Below, piece by piece: positions 9,525 through 19,032 of a DNA stretch of 64,000 nucleotides (position 1 is its first letter; every line of letters begins with the position of its first letter). Both the position numbers and the translations under genes were made by a program. Below the pieces are notes generated by a model that was not told where the DNA came from, made no database searches, and saw nothing but the letters and a program-made list of their open reading frames with translations. The stretch is from NCBI GenBank assembly GCA_050012255.1, contig JBEKHN010000005.1, positions 53,337 to 117,336 of the forward strand. The letters are read 5' to 3'. The DNA is from Candidatus Bathyarchaeia archaeon. Its GTDB lineage: Archaea; Thermoproteota; Bathyarchaeia; Bathyarchaeales; Bathycorpusculaceae.

Positions 9525-9811
9525 CGCCTCTGATAACAGTAAACCATTAGAAGTTTAAGAACAAGTATCTGAAAAGTCTTTTCATGAATGAAGCACTCGA
9601 TGGATACGGAGCGATTTTCAGTTTTGCGGATGGTTTTGCGACGTAGATTTCCGCGCGCGCTACAGACAGACACAGAAAACCAACAAAAAACAAAACAAGA
9701 GATGAAGGCTGTTCAATGGAGAAATATCTGACAATGAGTTTCAGAGATTACGTTTGAAAGTATGCCTATTATTCTTGGACTGTTGCACGCTTTTTTTGTG
9801 TGGCGCGCGCT

Positions 9812-9913
9812 ACGGTTCGAGAAGTGGTTCTGATACCATGCTCATACTGCGGCGGGCTCATGCCCCAAACTTCCCTCTTCTGTCCAAACTGTGGAGCAAG
9901 AAGAAGAGCCTGA
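9812..9913 (+). pseudogene. C-terminal fragment of a zinc-ribbon protein
   Basis: My translation TVREVVLIPCSYCGGLMPQTSLFCPNCGARRRA*; the fragment starts directly after GCGCGCGC at 9803-9810. Confidence 0.6.
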
Positions 9914-10147
9914 CGAACTGTATCAACATTCCATGAACATTTTCAAAACCCTGAAAACCCCATATACAGCATACTGCGCTGACCAGCACCTGAACGGGTT
10001 TAGGCTTCTAGGGAATTGAACCCAAAAGGAGGCGGGCTCAAATCTCGTATAATCCTACGGCTTTGGATTTGGGCAAAAATCTGTACGCGCGCTTTCACAT
10101 ATATTCAGATTGTCCAACACGGGTTCTATGCCGATCCAGCCAAGAAT

Positions 10148-10345
10148 TCATAAGGAATTGGCAATTGAAGGGTTACATGAAACAAGGCATCTTGGCGCGC
10201 GCACAGGCATCTTGAGAACACCGACGTAATCGGTCTTTCCATAATGCAAATCGCGGAGCCCATCAAGATTCGAAATGCCTACGGCTTTGAAACTTGTTTT
10301 CCTTGCTTCTTCTTTCACGTTCTCGGTCAATGTCACGATTGGCAC
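10148..10345 (-). pseudogene. N-terminal fragment of a QueG-like (epoxyqueuosine reductase family) Fe-S protein
   Basis: TLTENVKEEARKTSFKAVGIS...LKMP resembles the family N-terminus; plausible sequence ends at GCGCGCGC 10195-10202. Confidence 0.55.
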
Positions 10346-10357
10346 TTCCTACCGGTT

Positions 10358-10699
10358 TCAGAGTACATTACGGATCTTTCGAAGATTCTCTGTCGCCACT
10401 GGTTCATTCGACAGAAATTCCTTCAACTTTCCGCAAGGATAATCATCACAGTGGACACATGTCTCGGCTTTCCTCTGTTCGGCACAGGGTCGTATCTCGC
10501 AGATTTTCCGACACCAACCAGAAAGCACGTCAGATTTGCAGCCCCGGCAGTCAATGTCTTCAGGTTTGAACTGGACTTTCATTCCTTCGGTCCACTGCTC
10601 AGCCAACTGTCTCTTTCGCTCAGCATCTTTCGCTTGGGTTGCCTTGAACGCCTTGCACTGACTGCAGTCTAATCCACAAAAGGCGATCATTTCAGGCAT
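10358..10699 (-). CDS. DUF3795 Cys-rich protein (copy 1)
   Basis: CGLDCSQC...CRGC...CEIRPCA...CVHCDDYPC. Confidence 0.85.
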   Translation of the reverse strand: MPEMIAFCGLDCSQCKAFKATQAKDAERKRQLAEQWTEGMKVQFKPEDIDCRGCKSDVLSGWCRKICEIRPCAEQRKAETCVHCDDYPCGKLKEFLSNEPVATENLRKIRNVL

Positions 10700-10905
10700 G
10701 ATTCTATCCAGCCTCCTTTTGGCAATATTATGATCTGAACAATGGAAGCCCGCAACATAAGCGTTCTACGGTCATATGACGCTACAGGTACCATATGCCA
10801 CCTTCAAACCAGAAGCAGACTCGAAAGACTGGAGAAGTGAGCAAGTTGGCGAGAAGTCGTGAAGTTGCGCATCAAGGCCGAGTCTAACGGGGTTCAAGCA
10901 AGAGG

Positions 10906-11358
10906 CTACATTTCTAAACCAATCAGTATCTCAACAGCTTTTTTCACGAAACCGCAGCATTTTTCATCACGTACATTTGACTTTCGCATTTTTTCGAGTT
11001 CTTCGGGATTAGTCAGATCATAACCAATGAGTTCTCTGCAAAACGGGCTGCCACATTCTTTGGCGAATTGATCGTAGAATTCTAGAGCTATCTCGTATGC
11101 CTTCTCTTTTTCTATCAAGACTGTCTTGTTGGTTCCATGCTTTAGCCCGATGGCCATTATGGCACCCGTTAAGGCTCCGCACAGTGAACCGCGTCTCCCG
11201 ATTCCCCCTCCGAAAGCTGTGGCGATTCTGGGGACTAACCTGCTCCTGCCAATGCCATAGTATTCCTGCATGGCCAACAAGACGCTTTGAGCACAGTTGT
11301 AGTCCCGGCTGAAGTAGTCTGCTGTTTTTCCTGCGAACTGGCTTGTTTGTCGTTTCAT
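10906..11358 (-). CDS. C_GCAxxG_C_C family putative redox-active protein
   Basis: YNCAQSV, AFGGGIG, LCGALTGA, FCRELIG, C-terminal CC; start taken at MKRQ. Confidence 0.88.
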   Translation of the reverse strand: MKRQTSQFAGKTADYFSRDYNCAQSVLLAMQEYYGIGRSRLVPRIATAFGGGIGRRGSLCGALTGAIMAIGLKHGTNKTVLIEKEKAYEIALEFYDQFAKECGSPFCRELIGYDLTNPEELEKMRKSNVRDEKCCGFVKKAVEILIGLEM

Positions 11359-11551
11359 GGTTGGCGTTTCCTTCTCTTGAGCACTATGATTGCCATGTTG
11401 TATGTGTGCTGGCTGCATTTTAATCAGCTCCTTTGCATGAGCGGAAAAGGCAACTCGCGCAGTATACTGAGATTTGAGACGCTTGCGGCCGCGAAACCAG
11501 CTTTGCTCCATTCCTGACGTTTTGGGCAAACGCCATGTCTTGTACTTCCTC

Positions 11552-11899
11552 CTAGACCCGGAGTGTTTTCCGAATCTTTTCAAGATTCTCTGCGGCGCCG
11601 GGGTCGCCCGACAAATACTCTATCAGTTTTTCGCAAAGATAATCGTCACAGTGGGCACAGGTCCTGACTTTCTTCTCTTCCGCGCACGGTCTTATCATGC
11701 AGAGTTTTCGGCAAAAACCAGAAATAAGATCAGACTTACAACCGTGACAATCAACGTCTTCTGGTTTGAACTTGATCTCGCCTTGATCAGACCAGTGTTT
11801 GGCTATCTGCTTTTTCCATTCAACGGCTTTCTCTTGAGTCGCTTTGAACGCTTTACACTCGCTGCAGTCCAGTCCACAATAAGCAATCATTTCAGACAT
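11552..11899 (-). CDS. DUF3795 Cys-rich protein (copy 2)
   Basis: CGLDCSEC...CHGC...CMIRPCA...CAHC; close paralog of 10358-10699. Confidence 0.85.
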   Translation of the reverse strand: MSEMIAYCGLDCSECKAFKATQEKAVEWKKQIAKHWSDQGEIKFKPEDVDCHGCKSDLISGFCRKLCMIRPCAEEKKVRTCAHCDDYLCEKLIEYLSGDPGAAENLEKIRKTLRV

Positions 11900-12452
11900 C
11901 TTTTCTACCTACCTACCTACTTTTTAAAGGCATCGCGTATTGAATGATTGCAGTCAACGGGATAAGCGTTCTACAGGCATGTGATGGTTAGATCAGTGCT
12001 TCGAAGAAGCCTTAGCTATGGCCTGGCGCGCGTAGCACGCCTGGGGGATTTGAGCCCAAACGGTTGAGCCGCAGTTGTCGGAACAGAGATTTAACCTTGG
12101 AACTGGGAGTCAAGCCCAATCCAAAAGCGATTGCAATTGTCTTCGGGAATCGATTCCAGCGGGGCGCACCTAAAATGGGGTGGGCCCAGACTACGTTGAG
12201 CACTTCTGTACCCATCAAAGTTTGTTTTAGGACTACTAAAAAACGCTTAACGGCATACCATTTAACAGAGATCCTTCTGCTGAAGCCAAGCGCGTTATGG
12301 AGCATCAAATACAGATTCTGCTTTCATACATCTTATATCCGATTTTGAAAAACCTCTATTCTGATTCAGATGCATATGAATCAAAAGTCAACGTCGAAAT
12401 TGCTAGACTCCATCAGCGATAACCTTCAACTGGGAAAAGTGGAAAAAACCTT

Positions 12453-14231
12453 ATGAACGCATTCGATTGGCTTTCGCTTGCTGCAAGTGTCGTTTGCATT
12501 TCTTTGGGCGTTGTGGTTTACTCTTTCAACAGAAGAGCTTTGTTGAACAAGCTTTTCGTAATGACCAGTTTTTTTGCGTTTTTTTATGCGTTCACTGAGG
12601 TTATGATGTGGCAGGCAAGTAGTTTTGAAAGCGCTTATTTCTGGAATAAGATGGGTTCTGTATGGCCTTTCTTCGTGGTTTCAGTTGCTCATTTTGCCCT
12701 AGCCTTTACCGGTAGTAAATGGCTAAGAAACAAGCTAGCCTATCTGCTTCTGTACTTGCCCGCCGTGCTGTTTTGCATTATCGAAGTGTTTACCGACATG
12801 ATAAACGGGCCCCCAATTATGAAGTATTGGGGGTACAATGATACTGCATCAAACACATTGGTTTACGGCATAAGCACTCTTTGGTCCGCAGCTTTGCCGA
12901 TTTTGGCGTTTGTTTTGTGCTTTAGATCCTACCGCAGGACAGACGAAGAAGCCTTGAAACAGCAGAGAAAGTCTGTGACAATCGGCTTCGCTGTTCCTAT
13001 TGCCGCTTTCGTGGTTACTAACATGCTGTTTCGGTCAGTCGGTATTGACATTCCAAATTTGGGGATTGTTGCTGTCTTGTTTTTTGGCGGTTTTGTTGGG
13101 TATGGAATCTTGAAATATGAGTTGTTTTCTTTTGACGCTGCTGTTGCCGCAGAGAACATCGTTTCCACGATGCCAGACTCGCTTGTCTTGGCGGATATGA
13201 AGGGAAAAATGTTTAGGGTCAATAATCGTTTGGTGGAATTCTTGAGCTATGGCAAAGATGAATTGATTGGAGAGTCGATTTCCAAATTATTTGTGGAAGA
13301 GATGCGATGTGCAAGTGTTTTGAAGGAGTTGGCGGAAAAGAGAGTCATCCGTAATTATGAACTAGCGTACAAGACTAAATTTGGTGAGGAGAAGCATGTT
13401 CTGTTTTCGGGTTCAGTTGTTCGGAGCAAAACAGGTCGAGATATTGGAATTACATGCGTTATTCGCGATATTACAGAGCGCAAGGAGATGGAACAAAGAC
13501 TTGTTAAGGCAGAAAGGCTTGCCTCGATTGGAGAATTGGCAGGACAAATTGGGCACGACCTTCGAAACCCCTTAACAGGCATCAAAGGTGGTGTTTACTT
13601 CCTGAGAACGAAAGGTGACAAAGTCAATAATGCAGACAGGGAAATGATTTTGGAAACGATGGATAGAGCGATTGAGGATTCCAACAGGATCATTAACAGC
13701 CTTGTAGATTACTCAAGCGAACTGCGTCTGCAACTCGCCAAGTGCACGCCCAAGTCGCTTCTTCTAAATTGTCTGTCTAAGATTCATGTCCCAGAGCGCA
13801 TAAGCATTTTAGACCACACCTTAGATGACCTCGAAATGTTTTTAGATGCTCCCAGAATGGAAAAAGTCTTCGCCAGCATGATACAAAATGCAATTGATGC
13901 CACTCCTGAAAAAGGCACCATAGAAATACGAAGTGCCCAGGTGGGTTCCGATGTGGAAATCACCTTTGCTGATTCGGGAACGGGCATACCCGAGAATGTT
14001 CTGCCAAAGATTTTCTCGCCTCTAATAACCACCAAGGCGAAAGGAATGGGCATGAGCCTGGCAATTTGCAAACGGATCGTAGACGCGCACGGCGGCAAAG
14101 TCGCAGTCGAAAGTACGGTGGGGAAAGGAACAACGTTTACCATTACCTTGCCAATTAAGCCGAAAACCGAATTCGCCGTCGAAAATACTTGGATGATAAC
14201 TATGAAACCCACTATCATTGGAGAAAGTTAG
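12453..14231 (+). CDS. 7TM (HisKA_7TM-like) + PAS sensor histidine kinase
   Basis: About seven hydrophobic segments, PAS, GHDLRNPL H-box, NAIDA, DSGTG, GMGMSL. Confidence 0.92.
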   Translation: MNAFDWLSLAASVVCISLGVVVYSFNRRALLNKLFVMTSFFAFFYAFTEVMMWQASSFESAYFWNKMGSVWPFFVVSVAHFALAFTGSKWLRNKLAYLLLYLPAVLFCIIEVFTDMINGPPIMKYWGYNDTASNTLVYGISTLWSAALPILAFVLCFRSYRRTDEEALKQQRKSVTIGFAVPIAAFVVTNMLFRSVGIDIPNLGIVAVLFFGGFVGYGILKYELFSFDAAVAAENIVSTMPDSLVLADMKGKMFRVNNRLVEFLSYGKDELIGESISKLFVEEMRCASVLKELAEKRVIRNYELAYKTKFGEEKHVLFSGSVVRSKTGRDIGITCVIRDITERKEMEQRLVKAERLASIGELAGQIGHDLRNPLTGIKGGVYFLRTKGDKVNNADREMILETMDRAIEDSNRIINSLVDYSSELRLQLAKCTPKSLLLNCLSKIHVPERISILDHTLDDLEMFLDAPRMEKVFASMIQNAIDATPEKGTIEIRSAQVGSDVEITFADSGTGIPENVLPKIFSPLITTKAKGMGMSLAICKRIVDAHGGKVAVESTVGKGTTFTITLPIKPKTEFAVENTWMITMKPTIIGES

Positions 14232-14345
14232 CCGATCCTCTTGCGAATTTACCGGTAAGAAAGCGTTGCAGAATCCGGATTTCTCACAGACAAAAGAAAA
14301 TTATAACCATCTGAAAGCTTAACGCGCGCTGAAGGATTTTCGTTT

Positions 14346-14436
14346 TCTTGCTCAACCACCTTTGTAAGCGCTCAACACCGTTGAGCAAGTTTTCTGCTCA
14401 ATACTATTGAGCATTTATATAGGGCATTGAGCAAGA
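14346..14436. promoter_or_regulatory. Symmetric array of GCTCAA-N5-TTGAGC sites
   Basis: Full palindromes at 14370-14386 and 14396-14412, half sites at 14350 and 14427; outer TCTTGCTCAA / TTGAGCAAGA; TTTATATA at about 14414. Confidence 0.65.
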
Positions 14437-14612
14437 TTCCACTACAGCCTTCTCCAAAAAAACAATTCTCTTTTGATTTTCGTATTTCTCTCAAGCAGAT
14501 ATTTCATCAGAGTTCGGTCTGATTGGCGCGCGCGCAGAGTTTGAGAAAGAAACATAAGATACTAGCGTGTTTTGAGGAGAGAGGAACAAGCGCCTTACGG
14601 TGAGATGTCAAA

Positions 14613-15065
14613 ATGGCACAGACTACAGATGGATCATCCGCGCAGGATGAAGTCAGGAGTGTTATAGTTAATCGGCTCGACGCCATGAAGAACAAGAACG
14701 AGGGTGCGGTTAAAGCACTTGTTGATGAGCACTACAACAAGTTTGACGACTGGCCCCCCTTTGAGAGGCAGGAAGGCCTGAAAGCCTTGGAGAACGAGTT
14801 CGGGGCGTTCAAGGTGATGTCCAGCTACAGTTACGAGTTGAGGGATTTTCAAGCGAACATTCTCGGGAACACGGCGATTGCCACGTTCATCATACATTAT
14901 CAGGCAGTGATGAGAAACAGGGCGTTCGACGTGACTTCACGCGTCACATCCGTCCTCAACAAACAAGATTCAGGATGGAAGGTGGTCCACGAACACTACT
15001 CCAGGTTTCCTGACCCGACAACGCAACAACAACGATTCATGCCCCGCCGAACGATGCAACCCTAA
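14613..15065 (+). CDS. NTF2/SnoaL-like (DUF4440) protein
   Basis: GNTAIATF...RVTSVL...WKVVHEHYS motif. Confidence 0.85.
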   Translation: MAQTTDGSSAQDEVRSVIVNRLDAMKNKNEGAVKALVDEHYNKFDDWPPFERQEGLKALENEFGAFKVMSSYSYELRDFQANILGNTAIATFIIHYQAVMRNRAFDVTSRVTSVLNKQDSGWKVVHEHYSRFPDPTTQQQRFMPRRTMQP

Positions 15066-15137
15066 CCAGCGCGTGCGTCGATCAATGACTGAGGAATTGA
15101 CTATTTTTTAATTTTCCGATTATCTTTTTTAGTTTGT

Positions 15138-18100
15138 TCAAGAAGAACCATTGTGACTTTCGATAAGCTGCCTTTCTTCAGCTCCCACCGCGTACAACTC
15201 GTAGACGAGTTCATCAATTTTTTCTTCGTAAACTGCTGCCTCACGTTTAAGCAATTCAATACGCGACGAATCTGAAATCGTATTTATGGCTTGGTTTAAC
15301 CTCATAATTTTCAAGGAAAGTGCAGCTATTTGATCTTTCAAACCATTTTGGCTATCGTCTCTAGGGCGTATTATGGGCAAAGATTGAATGTATTGCTTGT
15401 TGTACGCGAAGAACCCACCACTGAAACGAGTGCTAATCTTCTTCGTCAAATAATCCAGTAACTTGCTGTTCAGCAAACCAACTAAATAGAACGGATCTAT
15501 ATTCGATTTTTCATTAATTGAAAGCCCGTAACCCCCACCACCTCCTCCTCCACTACCGAGGAAATAGTACGAACCATTTTCATCGTAAGCAAACGCGGCT
15601 TTCTTAGCAATAGATGGTGTCAGTATCTTTTCTTTGCTACATTGCACCAAGTTCTGATTTCTTGAATATGCATACCATTCAGAGCATTTCCATTTCCCAT
15701 GCTCACGTTCTTCCAAGATTCTCTTATTTAGCTGAAGATAACTTGCACAATTTGGAAACTTATCTTCAAGTTCACGGAATAGAATTAGCTTTGCTGTTGC
15801 GCCCTTAACATAATATGGAAAAATAACGTATTTTTGGGGACTAACAATTCTGTAGCGACGAATGTCAAGGGAACCTTTCAACAGAGGTCGCAATAATTTT
15901 CTTTCAATTTTGACGTTCCGTTCAATTGTCTTTGAATACAGCTCAACTATTTCTTTTCCAATTCCGCCCTTGAGTTCTAGAACAAATACCTTATCTGCTC
16001 CTGTGATTATTCCCTGAAAGATTTTATCACAAACATCTGATAAGACTGGCTTGATCAAAGACAGTTTGTTCAGTAACTTTGACTCATCGCCAAAACTAAA
16101 TTGCCAAGGCTGTTCGCAAATATTACTTAAGGGCAATGTAGTTACGAAAAGTGAAGAGTTGCGGTATTCAATATTCTTCGCTACAAAAGATAGTTGACTC
16201 GCGGGATTTTCAATTCTCTTAATCTCAGTATACTTGAACGTCTTCCTCTCAGATTTGCTTAGAAATAATAGGTTAGTGTATGTGGTAACTTTTTCGAAAA
16301 CCTGTTGGTCTCCGAAGTTGACTATTTCTCGCAAGTACTTGTTGCTGGATATTAACTGGCGCAGGTTCTTGCCATATTCAGCTTGGAAGAATTTGTTGGG
16401 AAGAATAAATCCAAATAATCCATTTTCGTCCAACAGTTGCATTGCTTTTTCTACGAAAACAACGTAAATGTCATAGTTGCCACTTTCAGCTGTTTTGTAC
16501 TTATGAGAAAAATATTCGACTTCTTTGGAAGCCCATTCCTTCATTGTTTGAATGCGGATATAGGGTGGATTGCCGATAATCGCGTCGAATCCGCGTGTCT
16601 GATTGATTATGTTCCCGAATCCAGTCTTTTTTGAATACCAGTCAAAACAATTTACCTTTTCTTTTTCAACGTCTTCGATAAGTGTCTTTTGTTCAAGAAA
16701 ATCGAACCCAACTAGCGAGTTTCCACAACGGATGTTTTTTGAAAGCGATGGCAAAAGTTCCTTATTATGGGGTAGGGCTCGTTCGCCCTCAAGAATTTTG
16801 ATGTATAAACTCATCATGGTTATTTCTACGGCTTGTGGGTCTAAGTCAATGCCAAAGATGTTGTTTTTCAGCATCTCGCCTTTCTTGTAAATACTCAAAC
16901 GAGGAATCGGGTTTCCATCTTCATCGTAAGAAACGATAACATTAGGGAACAACTCACCGCGTTTTGCTTCTTTGGGATATGATTCATAATACTTCAAATG
17001 ATATTCGAATAGACGGTTAATCGCCTCAATGAGAAAACTGCCACTTCCACACGCAGGATCAAGTATGTGAATGCTTTCGATTTGTTTAGGAGATTTGCCT
17101 TCAATAAGTTTGCCAACAGTGTTTTCAACTATGTAACTGACGACCCATCTAGGCGTGTAAAAAACTCCGCCTGCCTTGCGCACTTCTGGTTTTTCTTCTA
17201 CCTTAACTCTTTTCTCAGTTAACCGTATTGTCTTGCCCAAATATTTTTCATAGATTGTTCCAAGAAGTTCTACGCCGATTACTGCAAAGTTATAAGGGCT
17301 CTTAGGGGAATATAATCCGTCGATTATTTCAGCCACTATAGGCGATCCATAAGAGATTTTCTCACAAGAATGATCTTTGAAAATCTCACCGTTAAAATCA
17401 TTGTTGAGTTGCTTAAATAGCAGATTTAATTGGGCTTGAATGTCTCTATGTCTTCCTTCTTTCCAAGTGTCAGCGATTTCCTTCAAGGTCTTGAAATCAA
17501 TTATTTTCCTGTCTTCAAGAAGACGTATGAAGATAAGCCTGTCTAATAGCCGCTGGACAACGTCGTTGAGCTCCCTGACTGTTATTGCGGGATTGCGCTT
17601 GTGAACCTCTTTCGCCAACTCTTCGCGCCATAGAGTCATCTGGTCAATTAACGCTGCGTCAACAGGTATGCGTAGGCGTTTTGCTGAAGGGTCTTTAGAA
17701 CTCAATTGATCAAGCGAACCACTGACTACTTTCTCTTTAGAGAAAAGCCAAAGCCGATCAAAATCAGTAGTTCCAAACTCTTCAAACTTCAGTTCAAAAA
17801 TCAAACCAAGCTGTGGTTGCTTTAGATCTGGTTTTATTGTTGTGTCAAAAACCTTGAACGACTTAAAATCAGTTAAGACTGCGATGTTCACGCTGGTTGT
17901 GTTCCAGCCGTAACGCTTAGCTTGAAAGATATCTTCTGACTTATCAGTGCCTTTGGCTGGTGCTTTAGTTTCAACAAAAAACCTGTCTTGACCATTTATG
18001 CGAAATGAGTAGTCTGGGCGACCTGTTGTATCGCCCTTCTCTACGAGGACTTCCCGTTGAAGCCTAGAAAGCTTGTTCTTGTTAACGATGTCCCAGCCGA

Positions 18101-18245
18101 GTGCTTTAAACAGCTCGTCAACAAAATCAGTGCGGAGTTGACTCTCTAAGTATCCGCTGGATTCGTATTCAGGTTGGTTGGACGTAAATCGGTCTATGAG
18201 TTCCTGAATTGTTCCTTTCGCATATTTGGCGTCTGGATCCGTCAA
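15138..18245 (-). CDS. Type IIG (Eco57I/TaqI-like) restriction endonuclease-methyltransferase fusion
   Basis: N-terminal PD...ETK nuclease (RPDY...VETK); GVFYTP, LDPACGSG, GNPPY; C-terminal TRD; visibly AT-richer than flanks. Confidence 0.92.
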   Translation of the reverse strand: MTDPDAKYAKGTIQELIDRFTSNQPEYESSGYLESQLRTDFVDELFKALGWDIVNKNKLSRLQREVLVEKGDTTGRPDYSFRINGQDRFFVETKAPAKGTDKSEDIFQAKRYGWNTTSVNIAVLTDFKSFKVFDTTIKPDLKQPQLGLIFELKFEEFGTTDFDRLWLFSKEKVVSGSLDQLSSKDPSAKRLRIPVDAALIDQMTLWREELAKEVHKRNPAITVRELNDVVQRLLDRLIFIRLLEDRKIIDFKTLKEIADTWKEGRHRDIQAQLNLLFKQLNNDFNGEIFKDHSCEKISYGSPIVAEIIDGLYSPKSPYNFAVIGVELLGTIYEKYLGKTIRLTEKRVKVEEKPEVRKAGGVFYTPRWVVSYIVENTVGKLIEGKSPKQIESIHILDPACGSGSFLIEAINRLFEYHLKYYESYPKEAKRGELFPNVIVSYDEDGNPIPRLSIYKKGEMLKNNIFGIDLDPQAVEITMMSLYIKILEGERALPHNKELLPSLSKNIRCGNSLVGFDFLEQKTLIEDVEKEKVNCFDWYSKKTGFGNIINQTRGFDAIIGNPPYIRIQTMKEWASKEVEYFSHKYKTAESGNYDIYVVFVEKAMQLLDENGLFGFILPNKFFQAEYGKNLRQLISSNKYLREIVNFGDQQVFEKVTTYTNLLFLSKSERKTFKYTEIKRIENPASQLSFVAKNIEYRNSSLFVTTLPLSNICEQPWQFSFGDESKLLNKLSLIKPVLSDVCDKIFQGIITGADKVFVLELKGGIGKEIVELYSKTIERNVKIERKLLRPLLKGSLDIRRYRIVSPQKYVIFPYYVKGATAKLILFRELEDKFPNCASYLQLNKRILEEREHGKWKCSEWYAYSRNQNLVQCSKEKILTPSIAKKAAFAYDENGSYYFLGSGGGGGGGYGLSINEKSNIDPFYLVGLLNSKLLDYLTKKISTRFSGGFFAYNKQYIQSLPIIRPRDDSQNGLKDQIAALSLKIMRLNQAINTISDSSRIELLKREAAVYEEKIDELVYELYAVGAEERQLIESHNGSS

Positions 18246-18266
18246 GGTAATCTGCTAAGCATATGT

Positions 18267-19028
18267 TTAATAGCATTTAATATTTTGTTGTTCCCCAGCG
18301 TTTGTCTTGCGCGCGCGCTTTTGTATTCTCGTTATTAGGCACGCTTTGATGCAGAGGCCGCATACGTCCCCGCCGAACACGATTTGAATGTATTCGTGAC
18401 ATTTCTCCTTGTTTATCAGCCATCCTTCAGAAGCATCGTAGACTGGGTTTTCCAAGGCTCCGGCAGGACATGCCTTGACGCATTTTAGGCACTTCTCCAT
18501 GAGGCAAATGTCCTCGGTCAAGGGTCTATCAGGTCTAAGCGCGGCGCTTGTTATGACTGTGACAAAACGTACGTAAGGCCCGTAATCTGGTGTCAAGACC
18601 AGATTGTTCATTCCAAATCTGCCTAGGCCAGCTGCGACGGCCGCGTGCTTGTGCGACATATCCCCGAAATTCTTCTTCTTATCGTACGGTGAGCTGGCTG
18701 GAATCGCTAAAGCTTCGTATCCAAGGTCTTCGAGAAATCTGGCTGTCTCCCATGCCAGGCTGTTAAGCTTGAGGTTTGCCACGTCATAGTTTATCTTGTA
18801 CTCTCTCATGGTTTTTGGAAGTTGAAGAATTGAAGACCTGTTTATTCTTAGACCTATGGAGATGACACTTTTGGCGTTCGGCAAGAGGTCTCTCGGACGA
18901 TGGCCTTTCGGCGCTCTTGAGAATCTTTTGGTGGTTGCAACTCCTACGAGTGTTGCTCCCTTCTTTTTGACGAAATCTTTGACCTTCCCCGTGAGACCAG
19001 CCAAGTTTTCACCTTGGGAACTGCTCAT
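18267..19028 (-). CDS. QueG-like cobalamin/Fe-S reductase
   Basis: SHKHAAVAAGLG, GPYVRF, CxxxxCxxCxxxCP and CGLCIKAC; (GC)5 run in the C-terminal tail. Confidence 0.85.
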   Translation of the reverse strand: MSSSQGENLAGLTGKVKDFVKKKGATLVGVATTKRFSRAPKGHRPRDLLPNAKSVISIGLRINRSSILQLPKTMREYKINYDVANLKLNSLAWETARFLEDLGYEALAIPASSPYDKKKNFGDMSHKHAAVAAGLGRFGMNNLVLTPDYGPYVRFVTVITSAALRPDRPLTEDICLMEKCLKCVKACPAGALENPVYDASEGWLINKEKCHEYIQIVFGGDVCGLCIKACLITRIQKRARKTNAGEQQNIKCY

Positions 19029-19032
19029 TTTG

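Noticed and set aside
10906-11583. 225-aa version of the C_GCAxxG_C_C ORF
   Set aside because: The N-terminal extension overlaps DUF3795 and is not family-like; start placed at 11358.
11905-11920. (CTAC)4 repeat upstream of DUF3795 copy 2
   Set aside because: Probably slippage in the SD region; too short to argue phase variation.
3916-12031. Classical integron with attC sites
   Set aside because: No intI and no extended attC-type hairpins seen; several segments are broken genes in both orientations.
15138-18245. GCGCGC as the recognition site of the RM enzyme
   Set aside because: Type IIG NPPY enzymes usually methylate adenine, which the motif lacks, and a restriction site would not be enriched between genes; not formally excluded.
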